Shown: positions 40,101 through 51,957, counted from the first letter of the stretch. The stretch: DNA of 64,000 nucleotides from Candidatus Latescibacterota bacterium (GCA_964291625.2 OZ220089.1:2528001-2592000); one strand, 5' to 3'. The notes: generated by a model not told the origin, from the letters alone. Numbers and translations are program-made.

Positions 40101-40941
40101 CATGGCGGCCTCGGTCCATGAGGTGACTGGCCAGGACGAGGTGGGCGGAGTCGCTCTCGGCGCTGCCGGGGAAGGCCTGATGCAGCCTTCTGAAGGCGGT
40201 GGCGCCCGCCGCCGTGCGGCTGAGGAACAGGTGGATCTGACCGGAAAGGAGCAGTGCGTGCCGGGCCTCTTCGCTGGCTGGGGCGGCCTTCCCCACCTCG
40301 CTCAGCAGCTCCTGGGCAGATTCCGGATCCCCGCCGGCAAAACGTACCCTGGCCAGCTGGAGCCGCCCTTGGCGGGCCTCGCGAGTCCCGCCATACTCGG
40401 ACAGGAGATGGTCGTAGAGCCGCACGGCGTTGGCCGGGTCACCGGAGCGCAGGTGGTTGCCCGCGGCTTGCAGGAGGGCCCCGGGGGCGAACCCGCTCTC
40501 GCTGTAGAGGCGTTGCACCTCCTCGAAGGCTTCGGCGGCCTCCTCGAAGCGGTCCAGCTGCTGCAGGCAGTCGGCGCGTTCGCGCCGGGCTTCGGCCACC
40601 GAGAGATGCCCGGAGTGTCGCTCGACAAAGCTGTCGTACGCCGGCACGGCCTCGGCGCAGCGCGAGCTGCGGGCATAGGAGCGGGCCAGCAGGAGCCGGG
40701 CATCGGGCACGTTGGCGTGGCCGGGGTGGTTGCGGATGAAGTCGGCGAACAGCTGGGCGGCGGTGGCGTAGTCGGCCATCTGGCGGTACAGGTTGCGGGC
40801 CAGCTGCCACTCGTCGTCGGCGTCGGACCATGCGGGGACCGCTCCCAGAAGGGTGAGGCAGACGAGGGCGGGAAGGGCACGGCCCGGGCGGTGCCTCGTC
40901 GGGGATCGATCCATGCTCGAAGGTGAAGACAGGGCCGCCAT
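37151..40941 (-). CDS. Large exported TPR-repeat protein (~1260 aa), split by a 1-nt frameshift near 39810-39822
   Basis: ORFs 39583..40968 (signal peptide, CpoB/BamD-like TPRs) and 37151..39790 join if one base is added in the C7 run, giving SSGGPPPAHGAAAVRQLGALY. Confidence 0.8.
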
Positions 40942-41002
40942 GGCGGCAGGTTCTTTGGATGAGGGCACCCGGACGGGAGCCCTATATTCAATCTGCTCCG
41001 CG

Positions 41003-41031
41003 AGTATACCAGTCCTTCAAATCAGGGTCAA
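41003..41031 (-). promoter_or_regulatory. Sigma70 promoter for the TPR-activator-HtrA operon
   Basis: TTGACC (41031-41026), 17-bp spacer, TATACT (41008-41003). Confidence 0.65.
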
Positions 41032-41034
41032 GAC

Positions 41035-41946
41035 GTGTCAAAGCAATCACTTACGTCCTCTGGTGGCGAGTTGGTGGAGAGCGCCCGGGCCAAGCTGAAC
41101 CTCGGGCTGCGGGTGCTGTCGCAGCGGCAGGACGGGTTTCACGACCTGATCGGACTCTTCCAGACCGTCAGTCTCGCGGACCGCCTGTACATGCGCCCGG
41201 CCCGGCGTCTCGATGTGACCTGCTCCGATCCGGCCGTGCCCCCGGGCCCCGGGAACCTCGCCTACCGGGCCGCCGAACTCTACCTGCGGGAGGCCGGCAC
41301 CGCACCCCGGCACGTGCACATCGAGAAGGCGATTCCCGCCGCCGCCGGACTCGGCGGTGGCAGCGCCGACGCCGCCGCCGTGCTCAGGGGCCTGGACCGC
41401 GCCGCCTCTCGCCCGCTGGGCCTGGGGGCGCTGACCCGGATGGCTGGACAGCTCGGCTCCGACGTGCCCTTCGCCCTCCAGGGCGGGACCGCCCTGGTCG
41501 AGGGCCGGGGGGAGCGGCTCCTGCCCCTCCGGTGGAGCACGGAGCCCGTGTGGTACGTCCTGGTCTGTCCCCGGGTTCCGGTCGACACCACATGGGCATA
41601 CGCCGAGCTGGACCGGCATCGGCGGGACCGCCCCATCGACTTGTCGGAATCCGACCCCTACCGTACGTTTCTGGATCAAGCACGCGGCGGGCTCGTCGAC
41701 GCGAATCGGCTGTGGTCGGTGTTGCACAACGACTTTCAGCCGCTCGTCGAACGCGCCAAACCCATCGTCGCCCGAGCCAGCCAGGCGCTGGCCGCCACGG
41801 ACCCGCTGGCCCATTCGATGTCGGGCAGCGGCGCCACCGTTTTCGGCATCTACGACGACCGGACCGCCGCGAAACGCGCCGCCAGGGGGCTGCGCGAAGC
41901 GGGGTTTCCGGTCTTTCTGTGTACGCCGTGTCCGCCGTCACGATGA
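41035..41946 (+). CDS. ispE: 4-diphosphocytidyl-2-C-methyl-D-erythritol kinase
   Basis: AKLNLGL, DGFHD, K.IP.AAGLGGGSADAAA, GSDVPF and MSGSG motifs; true start may be ~41071. Confidence 0.95.
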   Translation: MSKQSLTSSGGELVESARAKLNLGLRVLSQRQDGFHDLIGLFQTVSLADRLYMRPARRLDVTCSDPAVPPGPGNLAYRAAELYLREAGTAPRHVHIEKAIPAAAGLGGGSADAAAVLRGLDRAASRPLGLGALTRMAGQLGSDVPFALQGGTALVEGRGERLLPLRWSTEPVWYVLVCPRVPVDTTWAYAELDRHRRDRPIDLSESDPYRTFLDQARGGLVDANRLWSVLHNDFQPLVERAKPIVARASQALAATDPLAHSMSGSGATVFGIYDDRTAAKRAARGLREAGFPVFLCTPCPPSR

Positions 41947-41963
41947 GCGGTGGACGGGCAGGT

Positions 41964-42038
41964 TGCCCGGTCGTTCAACTGGTAGGACAACGGATTTTGG
42001 TTCCGTCTATCGAGGTTCGAGTCCTCGCCGGGCAGCCA
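41964..42038 (+). tRNA. tRNA-Gln (anticodon TTG)
   Basis: Acceptor stem TGCCCGG/CCGGGCA, anticodon stem ACGGA/TCCGT with TTG at 41997-41999, T-arm CGAGG-TTCGAGT-CCTCG, encoded CCA. Confidence 0.96.
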
Positions 42039-42059
42039 ATACTTCGAAGAAGGTAGGCC

Positions 42060-42803
42060 ATGGCGGTTGCCTTGCAGATCTCTCAGCGCGACACCATCGA
42101 ACTGACCATCGAGCCCCGCCAGGAGCGGGGCAAGGGTCCCGTGGGCCGCCTGCGCCGCGAGCAGGCCATGCTCCCCGGCATCCTCTACGGGCACCGGCAG
42201 GAGCCGCTGGCCTTCAAGATCGTCGCCCACGATCTGGAGCGCGCGCTCTCCGGTGGAGGTCAGAACTCGATCTTCATGCTCCACGAGAAGGACGACGGGA
42301 AGGTGGAGCGGGCGGTGGTCCGGGAGATCCAGTACCACAAGGTTCGCGGCGATGTCGTCCACATCGACTTCCTGCGCATCGACCCCGACGAACAACTGAC
42401 CGTCGCCGTGCCGATGATGACCACGGGCACCCCGGTGGGGGTGAGGGTCGGCGGCGGCGCCGTGCAGCACAGCCTGACCTCCATCACCATGAGTTGTATC
42501 GCCTCCGAGCTTCCCTCCCAGGTCTCGATCGATATCGACCACCTCGAAATCGGTGACAGCATCCACGTCAGCGATCTGCTCGAGGACGAACCGCGCATCG
42601 TCACCGATCCCGGAGTCACCATCGTCAGCGTGCTGGCCCCGCGGTTGACCATCGAGGAAGAGGAAGCCGCCGCCGCCGCCGAGGAAGCGGAGGAAGGGGA
42701 GGAAGTCGAAGGCGAAGGCGAAGGCGAGGGCGAGGGCGAAGAAGGGGCCGGGGACGGCGAGGCCGGCGAGGCCTCCGAGGGCGGCGGCGAGAGCCAGGAC
42801 TGA
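42060..42803 (+). CDS. rplY: 50S ribosomal protein L25 (CTC type) with acidic tail
   Basis: GKG...RLR..PGILYG, REIQYH...HIDF and L.IGDSIHV.DL motifs. Confidence 0.93.
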   Translation: MAVALQISQRDTIELTIEPRQERGKGPVGRLRREQAMLPGILYGHRQEPLAFKIVAHDLERALSGGGQNSIFMLHEKDDGKVERAVVREIQYHKVRGDVVHIDFLRIDPDEQLTVAVPMMTTGTPVGVRVGGGAVQHSLTSITMSCIASELPSQVSIDIDHLEIGDSIHVSDLLEDEPRIVTDPGVTIVSVLAPRLTIEEEEAAAAAEEAEEGEEVEGEGEGEGEGEEGAGDGEAGEASEGGGESQD

Positions 42804-42821
42804 GCCCCGTCGACCGCACCG

Positions 42822-43433
42822 ATGCCAGTCGTCTTCGGGCTGGGCAATCCCGGCCCAAGCTATGCCGGCACCCGGCACAACATCGGCTTTCGTGTGGCCG
42901 AGGGTCTCCTGGGTGGCCGGGGGGAGTGGACGAGGGAGGAGGCCGCCGAGACCGCACGGGCACGGATCGCCGGCGAGGAGGTGTTGCTGGTCAGGCCTCA
43001 GAGCTTCATGAACCGCAGCGGCGAGGCGGTTCGGATGCTGCAGGAGCGCGGAGGGCTGGCGCCGGAGGAGATTCTGGTGATTCTCGACGACTTCCTCCTC
43101 GACTTCGGCCGCATGCGGCTCCGGCGCGGCGGCTCCGACGGCGGCCACAACGGACTGGCGTCGGTGCTGCAGGTCCTGCAGACGGACCAGGTTCCCCGGC
43201 TGCGGCTGGGCGTCGGGCCGGTGCCGCCGGGCGAGAGCGACATCGACTTCGTGCTGGCCCCCTTCTCACCCGGCGAAGAGGTGGCGGGACTGGTCGAGCG
43301 AGGCTGCGCGGCGGCGCGCTGCTGGTTGGCGGAGGGCATCGAGGCGGCCATGAACCGCTTCAACGGATGTCCGGCACTGGAGCGGACGGCTCCACCGTCC
43401 GCCGCATCCGAAAGGGACGAGGAGGATAGGTAG
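42822..43433 (+). CDS. pth: Peptidyl-tRNA hydrolase
   Basis: GLGNPG..Y..TRHNIGF, FMN.SG, GGHNGL.S and RLRLGVG motifs. Confidence 0.96.
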   Translation: MPVVFGLGNPGPSYAGTRHNIGFRVAEGLLGGRGEWTREEAAETARARIAGEEVLLVRPQSFMNRSGEAVRMLQERGGLAPEEILVILDDFLLDFGRMRLRRGGSDGGHNGLASVLQVLQTDQVPRLRLGVGPVPPGESDIDFVLAPFSPGEEVAGLVERGCAAARCWLAEGIEAAMNRFNGCPALERTAPPSAASERDEEDR

Positions 43434-43437
43434 GCTC

Positions 43438-45498
<2,061 letters not shown>

Positions 45499-45522
45499 TC
45501 TCGAAACGAGGCAGACAAGCGA

Positions 45523-46047
45523 ATGGCTAAGAAGTACGAGCTGGTCCTCATCCTCGATCCACAATCCGGCGAGACGCAGCTGGAAGCCGCCGTCGACAAC
45601 TACCAGAAACGCCTGGAGGCGGCTGGCGCCGAGGTGGTGCAGGTCGTCAAGTGGGGCCTGCGCAAGCTGGCCTACACGTCGATCGCCCTTCGGCAGCGGC
45701 AACAGGGCTTCTACGTCCTCTACCAGTTCCTGGCCGAGAGTGAGCGCCTCGGGCCGGTGGAGGAGGACCTCAAGCTGGACGAGTCCGTGCTCCGCCACCT
45801 GGTGGTCGCCGTTCCGGGCGAGTTCCTGAGCGTGCCGCAACTGGCGCCTGAGAACGTCTACATCTACCAGTCTCCCGACCGAGGCCGGGACCGCCGCGGG
45901 CCCCGTCGTGACCGGGACCGCCGCGAGGACGGCCCGCCCCGTCCCGACCGGGACGGTCGTGCACCCGCCGAGAGCGCCGAGGTCGCCGAGGCCGCCACCC
46001 GGGATGACCCGGGCCGCGGGGAGGACGGAGGAGAGGGGGCCGCCTGA
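45523..46047 (+). CDS. rpsF: 30S ribosomal protein S6 with long charged C-terminal extension
   Basis: YELVLILDP, WGLRKLAY, GFY and DE.VLRHLV motifs. Confidence 0.9.
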   Translation: MAKKYELVLILDPQSGETQLEAAVDNYQKRLEAAGAEVVQVVKWGLRKLAYTSIALRQRQQGFYVLYQFLAESERLGPVEEDLKLDESVLRHLVVAVPGEFLSVPQLAPENVYIYQSPDRGRDRRGPRRDRDRREDGPPRPDRDGRAPAESAEVAEAATRDDPGRGEDGGEGAA

Positions 46048-46088
46048 GACGGCGCCGCCGGCCGCTGCCCGGCACGGGGAACTGAACC

Positions 46089-46928
46089 TTGTCCCTGTTG
46101 GCCAGTCTGGTCCTCGTGGCGGCGACCCTTATCGGCGCGCGACGGTTTGGCGTCCGCACCGTGGCCCTGCCCGCCTGCCTGCCCATGCTGTTGTCCTTCA
46201 GCGGTGTCTTCCACTGGGCGATGGGGTTGGCGCCGGCGCCGTTGATCGGCTGGCTTGCAGCGGTGCAGGTCGAAAGGGGCCGAGGCTACGGCCAGACCAT
46301 CGCCTTCGCTTCCGTGCCGGGGCTGGTGCTCGGCCTGGCCCAGGCGGGCGGCTTTCTCGCGGCCGACGGCCAGCGTGAGCAGGTGTCGTCGGAAGTCACC
46401 CGCTTCCTGGAGGGAAGCGCCGCCGAGGCCCAACTGGGGGACCCGGAGATGCTTCAGCAGTTGGTGGAGATGGTTCTGGTCCTGCTGCCCGGGGTCGCCT
46501 ATCTCTCCATTCTGCTGATCGCCGTCTGCGGCTACCGCCTTGCCCAGGCGGCGTGCCCATGGGCGGGCACCACCCTGCCGCCCGCCGTGCCCCTGCGCCA
46601 TTGGCGCATGTGGGAGGAACTGATCTGGGTCGCGATCGGGGCCCTGGTGCTGCTGCTGATCGGCGGCGAGACCTTTCGCGGGCTGGCTGTAAACGCCGCG
46701 CTGGTCATGATGCTGCTGTATGCGGCCCAGGGCCTTGGGCTGGTCCGGCACCTGCTGTGGCGCCTTGGCGCCCAGCGCTACCTCGTCGTCCTGGTGTATG
46801 CGCTGCTGGCCTTCACCTCCAGCTTCTCGGTGATGGCACTGGCGTTCTCGGGACTGGCGGACAACTGGTTCGACTGGCGCCGGATCGGACATCGGCGCGA
46901 ACGAGAATCCGAGGAGGTGGACAAGTGA
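46089..46928 (+). CDS. DUF2232 (YybS-like) membrane protein
   Basis: Multi-TM protein with QGLG and GLADNWFDWRR motifs; sits before rplI. Confidence 0.85.
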   Translation: MSLLASLVLVAATLIGARRFGVRTVALPACLPMLLSFSGVFHWAMGLAPAPLIGWLAAVQVERGRGYGQTIAFASVPGLVLGLAQAGGFLAADGQREQVSSEVTRFLEGSAAEAQLGDPEMLQQLVEMVLVLLPGVAYLSILLIAVCGYRLAQAACPWAGTTLPPAVPLRHWRMWEELIWVAIGALVLLLIGGETFRGLAVNAALVMMLLYAAQGLGLVRHLLWRLGAQRYLVVLVYALLAFTSSFSVMALAFSGLADNWFDWRRIGHRRERESEEVDK

Positions 46929-47368
46929 AGGTCATACTGCTCAGAGACGTGGACACCCTGGGGACCGCCGGCCAGATCGTGACCGTGGCCGACGGCTATG
47001 GCCGCAATGCCCTGATACCCAAGCGGCAGGCCCTGCTGGCAACCGACGCCAACGTGGCCCTCTTCGAGTCCCGGCGCCGGCAGCACGAGGCCGCCGCCGA
47101 GCGCGAGAAACGGGCGGCCGAGGACGTGGCCGTGGAGCTTGAGAAGGCGTCGCTCACGGCGCAGGTCAAGGTCGGTGAGGGGGATCGCCTGTTCGGATCG
47201 GTGACGGCCCAGAACATATCCGATCTGCTCAAGGAGCAGGGCCACGACGTCGATCGTCGAAACATCGAGCTGGAGGAGCCGATCCGCGCCCTGGGCGTGT
47301 ACAACGTGCCGGTTCAGCTCCTCACCGGTGTGAAGGCCACCGTCAAGCTCTGGGTCGTGAAGGAGTAG
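46925..47368 (+). CDS. rplI: 50S ribosomal protein L9
   Basis: VKVILLRDV..LG..G.IV.VADGYGRN.LIP, LFGSVT and PIR.LG motifs. Confidence 0.97.
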   Translation: MKVILLRDVDTLGTAGQIVTVADGYGRNALIPKRQALLATDANVALFESRRRQHEAAAEREKRAAEDVAVELEKASLTAQVKVGEGDRLFGSVTAQNISDLLKEQGHDVDRRNIELEEPIRALGVYNVPVQLLTGVKATVKLWVVKE

Positions 47369-47444
47369 CGCCGAGAGGATGCCCCCGGTGGCATCGCCCT
47401 CGCCGCGGTCCGGGTCCCGGTCCTCCGGACAGACCCCGGTCCTC

Positions 47445-48329
47445 GTGAAGCTCTTCTTCGCCGTCCTCGGATCCCTCCTGCTGGCCTCCTGTGCTCCCCA
47501 GGACGGCCCGGGGCCCTTCGAGCAGACCGAGGACCGCGTCTGGCGCCTCGTCAACCGCAGCCACACCGGCGCCGACGGGATCTTCGTTCAGGCCACTTTC
47601 CGGACCTTCGCCTACGAAGTCGCCCGCATCTATGCCGAGGCCGAGATCGCCGGCCTCGGGCAGGAGCAGGTCACCAGCCGACTGCGCGAGTTCATCTACG
47701 CCTACATCGACGCGCCCTACCCGATGGCGGACGGTACCGACGTCAACAGCCTCTACCTTCAGTACCTGGTCTACGTCAACCCGGACTTCGACGTCAGCAA
47801 TCCCCTTCAGAAGGCGCAGTTCGACACCTGGCGCGGTCAGTACGTGCGCCGGCTCCTCGGCATCCTCTACGACAGCAAGTATGGCCTGCTGCGCCCGGTC
47901 TACGACGAGCGCTGGGGGTACGGCCTCTACAGCCGGCTGGTCTTCACCATCTACATCGACGGGGAGGAGTCGGGGGCGCACCCCTACATCGCCGATATCG
48001 GCGAGCGCACCTTCCTCATCGACGAAGCTGGGGTCCGTCATGCGCCGAGCGGGACGGACGGGGCCTATCCATACCAGTTCGACCGGCCCGAAAGAGACCA
48101 CCTGGAGGAGACGGCTGTCTATCGAGTCTACTTCCCGAACCGGCGCGCCGATCGCCTGACCCCGATCCTGACGACGGACAGCCGGCGGGTCTCCCTGGTC
48201 ATCGAGGGTCTCGGCTCCGACGCCGAGCGCCGGTTGGACTGGGACTTGCCGCTGGCGTACCCTGCGATGCCGTCGCGGAGGCTCGTGCCGCCCCCTTCCG
48301 AGGATGATTCAGTCAAGGCGAGGGAGTAA
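47445..48329 (+). CDS. Hypothetical lipoprotein
   Basis: VKLFFAVLGSLLLASC lipobox; typical high-GC3 codon usage; alternative start at 47379. Confidence 0.72.
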   Translation: MKLFFAVLGSLLLASCAPQDGPGPFEQTEDRVWRLVNRSHTGADGIFVQATFRTFAYEVARIYAEAEIAGLGQEQVTSRLREFIYAYIDAPYPMADGTDVNSLYLQYLVYVNPDFDVSNPLQKAQFDTWRGQYVRRLLGILYDSKYGLLRPVYDERWGYGLYSRLVFTIYIDGEESGAHPYIADIGERTFLIDEAGVRHAPSGTDGAYPYQFDRPERDHLEETAVYRVYFPNRRADRLTPILTTDSRRVSLVIEGLGSDAERRLDWDLPLAYPAMPSRRLVPPPSEDDSVKARE

Positions 48330-48347
48330 GGGGACACCACGAAGGCC

Positions 48348-48707
48348 ATGGATCAGCCCTCCTTCTTCATCCCCTTCGTCTCCTTCATCCCCCTGGCGGC
48401 GATTCTCGCGTATCTGGCCTGGACGGCCGAGAAGCAGGTCGAACGGGTGGAGCAGCTGGCCGCCCGGCTGCGCCGGCTGTGCGAGAGCAGCGGCCGGCCG
48501 TGGATCCGGACCCGTCGTCCCCGGCGGCTGTCCCTGGACGTGCACATGGCCATCCGGTCCCTGGACAAGAGCCTGCGGTCCCTGGAACGCGATCAGGGAA
48601 TCCACAGCCGCAGGCCCTCCCACCACCGGCTGTTCCTGCAGAGCGGATCCGTGATCGATGACCTGGAGCAGCGGGTCTCGCGGCTGGAGGAGCGCGGCCT
48701 GGGTTAG
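48348..48707 (+). CDS. Hypothetical membrane-anchored protein
   Basis: N-terminal TM segment followed by coiled-coil-like heptads; ATG preceded by AAGG. Confidence 0.55.
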   Translation: MDQPSFFIPFVSFIPLAAILAYLAWTAEKQVERVEQLAARLRRLCESSGRPWIRTRRPRRLSLDVHMAIRSLDKSLRSLERDQGIHSRRPSHHRLFLQSGSVIDDLEQRVSRLEERGLG

Positions 48708-48735
48708 CCACCCACGATGTTCGGAGGAGTGGCGT

Positions 48736-49812
48736 TCACACCTGGCCGCAGACCTCCCCTTCCCACGGGGCGGGGTCGAGTCCGAGGCCGCGGGCGCGGT
48801 GGCAGATGCGGCTCCAGGTGGTGTCGTCGATGGCGATACCGGTCCGGCGGCGCTCGGCGGCGGTGGTGAACTCGGGCGCGCCGGGCAGCTGAATCCGCCC
48901 GACCTGTGGGTCGACCCGGCTGGAGGTAACGTGGGCGACCAGACCCTCCACCTCGCGGTCGTAGTCCTCGTCCTCGCAGAAGAAAGCGGGCTCCCACACG
49001 ATCAGCATGAGGCCGTTGCTCTTCATCTCCACCTCGCCCGCGGCGCAGCCCTCGCCGGACAGCAGGCCTCCCAGGATCTCCACCATCATGCTCAGGCAGT
49101 AGCCCTTGTAGGCGACTACACCGCCCATGGGAAGGATGGCGCCCTGGGGGGGGCCGACGAAATCGGCGGGGTCGGTGGTGGGACGGCCCTCGGCGTCGGT
49201 GATCCAGCCCTCGGGGACCTGGGCGCCCTGGTTGTGGGCGAGACGGATCTTGCCCTCGGCGACGACCGAGGTGGTCATGTCGACGAGGATCGGGTCGGCG
49301 CCGCGACGCGGGGCGGCGAAGGAAACGGGGTTGGTCGAGAGCTTGCCGTCGATGCCGCCGTAGGGTGGGATCTGGCGCCCGAGGCGCCCGGCGTTGACCC
49401 AGGCCATGCCGACCAGGCCCTGGCGGGCGACGGCGAGGGTGTAGGCCCCGATCCGCCCGAGATGGGAGCAGTTGCGCAGGCCGACGCTGCCGATTCCGTG
49501 GGCCCGGGCCAGCTCGACGGCCTTGTCGACGGCGTGGCGGCCTGCCACTTGGCCGAGGGCGCCGCCGCCGTCGAAGACGGCCATGGCCCCGCGCTCACGC
49601 ACCACCGTCGGCCGTCCGGCGGGGTCGAAGGTGCCGTCGGCCATCTGGTCGACGTATTCGTAGATGCGGATGGTCCCGTGCGAGTCGTGGCCGAAGAGGC
49701 TCGACTCGACGAGGTGGTCGGCCACGGTAGCGGCATCTTCGGCAGAGCAACCCGCGGCCTCGAAGAGGGAACGGGCGATGCGGGTGAGGGTCTCGGGGGG
49801 GAAGCGGCGCAT
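48736..49812 (-). CDS. Ldh_2 family (malate/L-lactate/ureidoglycolate dehydrogenase-like) oxidoreductase
   Basis: G.DSHG, H.GR.G.Y, STNP.SFA.P, DM.TS.VA.GK and YKG..L motifs. Confidence 0.92.
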   Translation of the reverse strand: MRRFPPETLTRIARSLFEAAGCSAEDAATVADHLVESSLFGHDSHGTIRIYEYVDQMADGTFDPAGRPTVVRERGAMAVFDGGGALGQVAGRHAVDKAVELARAHGIGSVGLRNCSHLGRIGAYTLAVARQGLVGMAWVNAGRLGRQIPPYGGIDGKLSTNPVSFAAPRRGADPILVDMTTSVVAEGKIRLAHNQGAQVPEGWITDAEGRPTTDPADFVGPPQGAILPMGGVVAYKGYCLSMMVEILGGLLSGEGCAAGEVEMKSNGLMLIVWEPAFFCEDEDYDREVEGLVAHVTSSRVDPQVGRIQLPGAPEFTTAAERRRTGIAIDDTTWSRICHRARGLGLDPAPWEGEVCGQV

Positions 49813-49815
49813 GGC

Positions 49816-50634
49816 TCAGTCGGCAGTTTCCAGCTTGCCGACCTCGTCCTCGAAGGCGCGGATGCCGAGATCGACACCGTATTCCCGGAGCCCGCCGGTG
49901 GCCTCGGGGCCGGTGATCCACGGGCGGTGGCTGCGCCCAGCCTCGATCAGGTCGGCGCTGGCGTAGTCGCCGTGGAGGAAGTGGAAGGCCATGCCGGCGC
50001 GCTCCTCGTCGGTGGCGTTGTCGCCGGTGCTGTGGGCGGCGCCGTAACAGAAGAACACGACGCCCCCCGCGGGGACCTCCACGGCCACGGCCTCGGCTTC
50101 CGGAGGGGAGCAGTGGATGTGGTGGTCGGAGTACGGGTCGCGTTCGTGGGCGTAGCTGTGCCGGTGGCTCCCCGGAATCAGACGCAGGGTACCGTTGGCC
50201 AAGGTTGCGTCGTGCACGGCGACCCACATGGCCGTCCCCTTGAGCGGATCGTCGATCTTGAAGTAGGCGTTGTCCTGGTGCCAGTGGGTCCCGGTGCCGG
50301 TGCGGCCCGGCTTGAGGAACAACTGGTCCAGGTGGAGGAGGAAGGGATCGCCGATCAGACGGCTCACGGCGCCGGAGACCTTGGGCGCGAAGGGCAGCGC
50401 ACGGATCAGGTTGCTCTTGTCGTGGAGGGGGATCAGCTGGAGGTTGGCGCGCGACTCGGAATGGGTCTGGCCGTCGCCGTCGGTGCGGACGTTGCGAAGC
50501 AGCCCCTGGCGGCGGAAGCGCGCCACCTCTTCCGCCAGGGCCCGAACCTCGCGAGCGTCGAAGAAGGGGCTCACCAGGCACCAGCCGTCGCGGCGGAATC
50601 GGGCGACGTGATCTTGCGTGAGAAGGTCGGTCAC
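49816..50634 (-). CDS. Phytanoyl-CoA dioxygenase (PhyH) family Fe(II)/2OG enzyme
   Basis: F..DG, WHQDNAY, W.A..DAT..NG.L..IPGSH, HS.G.N and R motifs; GTG 50634. Confidence 0.9.
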   Translation of the reverse strand: MTDLLTQDHVARFRRDGWCLVSPFFDAREVRALAEEVARFRRQGLLRNVRTDGDGQTHSESRANLQLIPLHDKSNLIRALPFAPKVSGAVSRLIGDPFLLHLDQLFLKPGRTGTGTHWHQDNAYFKIDDPLKGTAMWVAVHDATLANGTLRLIPGSHRHSYAHERDPYSDHHIHCSPPEAEAVAVEVPAGGVVFFCYGAAHSTGDNATDEERAGMAFHFLHGDYASADLIEAGRSHRPWITGPEATGGLREYGVDLGIRAFEDEVGKLETAD

Positions 50635-50648
50635 GAGGGAAACGACAT

Positions 50649-50724
50649 AGGATAGCGGGCCGGGGGCTGGACGGCAAGTTGGCCCTCGGGCGGCCTTGCC
50701 GGCGCGTGGATGGTTGCTTACCCT
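50649..50724. promoter_or_regulatory. Back-to-back divergent promoters (phyH and gap)
   Basis: Minus strand: TTGCCG (50677-50672), 17 bp, TATCCT (50654-50649). Plus strand: TTGCCG (50696-50701), 17 bp, TACCCT (50719-50724). Confidence 0.45.
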
Positions 50725-50916
50725 AAGACGGCAAACGGAAGACTCGCGGCTCCCGCCGCACTCCATTCACCGGCGTCCGCCCACGACGCTTCTCCCCGGA
50801 CGGTCTTCCGACTCGCCAGCGCCAATCCTCTCGACCTGGACAAGACGCCCCGAGGGTCGAGGCTGGAGCGGTCGGTCGGCGTTACCGCGCAACGGTTCCC
50901 GGGACGAGAAGGATCC

Positions 50917-51912
50917 ATGGCAGGGATTCGGGTCGGCATCAATGGTCTTGGCCGGATCGGCAGACTCGTGTTTCGCGCCGCCTGCAAGGCAGGCCTCGAC
51001 GTGCGCGGCATTAACGACCTGACCGACGCCGCCACGCTGGCCCACCTGCTCAAGTACGATTCGACCCACGGCCGCTTCGACGGCGAGGTGGCGGCTGATG
51101 GGCAGGACTTGGTGGTCGACGGCAAGCGAATCCAGGTCTACGCCGAGCGCGACCCGGCGAGTCTGCCCTGGGAGAGGTTGGGGGTGGAGATCGTCGTCGA
51201 GTCGACGGGCCTGTTCACCCGGCGCTCGTCCGCCGCCGCCCACCTTGCCGCCGGTGCGCGGAAGGTGCTGATCTCGGCCCCGGCCAAGGAAGAGGACCTG
51301 ACCGTGGTGATCGGCGTCAACGAGGACGCACTGCAGCCCGGACACGCCATCGTCTCCAACGCGTCTTGCACGACCAACTGCCTGGCGCCCATGGTCAAGG
51401 TACTTCACGAGAGCTTCGGCGTCGTGCACGGGATGATGAACACCATCCACTCCTACACCAACGACCAGCGCATCCTCGACCTGCCGCACGAGGACTTGAG
51501 GCGGGCGCGGTCGGCCGCCGTCAACATGATACCGACGACCACGGGGGCGGCGGCGGCCGTCGGCAAGGTCCTGCCCGAGTTGCAGGGCAAGCTCGACGGG
51601 CTGTCGATCCGCGTGCCAACGCCGGACGGGTCGCTCGTGGACTTCACCGCCCATGTGTCAGTGGAGGTGACGCGCGAGCAGGTCAATCAGGCCTTCGCCA
51701 GGGCCGCGGACACCGACCTGAAGGGCATTCTGGAGTACTCGGAGGAACCGCTGGTGCTGTCCGACATCATCGGGAATCCGTCCTCCTGCGTGTTCGACGC
51801 CAAGTCGACGAACGTCGTGGGTGGTACCTTGGTGAAGGTGCTCGGGTGGTACGACAACGAGTGGGGCTACGCCAACCGCTGCGTGGATCTCATCCCCAGG
51901 ATGGCGGCGTAG
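50917..51912 (+). CDS. gap: Type I glyceraldehyde-3-phosphate dehydrogenase
   Basis: GINGLGRIGR, YDSTHG, SNASCTTNCLAP and WYDNEWGY motifs. Confidence 0.98.
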   Translation: MAGIRVGINGLGRIGRLVFRAACKAGLDVRGINDLTDAATLAHLLKYDSTHGRFDGEVAADGQDLVVDGKRIQVYAERDPASLPWERLGVEIVVESTGLFTRRSSAAAHLAAGARKVLISAPAKEEDLTVVIGVNEDALQPGHAIVSNASCTTNCLAPMVKVLHESFGVVHGMMNTIHSYTNDQRILDLPHEDLRRARSAAVNMIPTTTGAAAAVGKVLPELQGKLDGLSIRVPTPDGSLVDFTAHVSVEVTREQVNQAFARAADTDLKGILEYSEEPLVLSDIIGNPSSCVFDAKSTNVVGGTLVKVLGWYDNEWGYANRCVDLIPRMAA

Positions 51913-51957
51913 ACCTGGCCCGGTCACCGGCGCAGCCAGCCAGCGAGGAGTAGGCCA

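Noticed and set aside
41964-42060. tRNA-Gln as an integration site for a mobile element
   Set aside because: No integrase follows and no duplicated tRNA 3' end was seen; rplY starts 21 bp downstream.
42708-42737. GAAGGC/GAGGGC hexamer repeat
   Set aside because: It encodes the Glu-Gly acidic tail of L25/CTC, which is ordinary low-complexity coding sequence.
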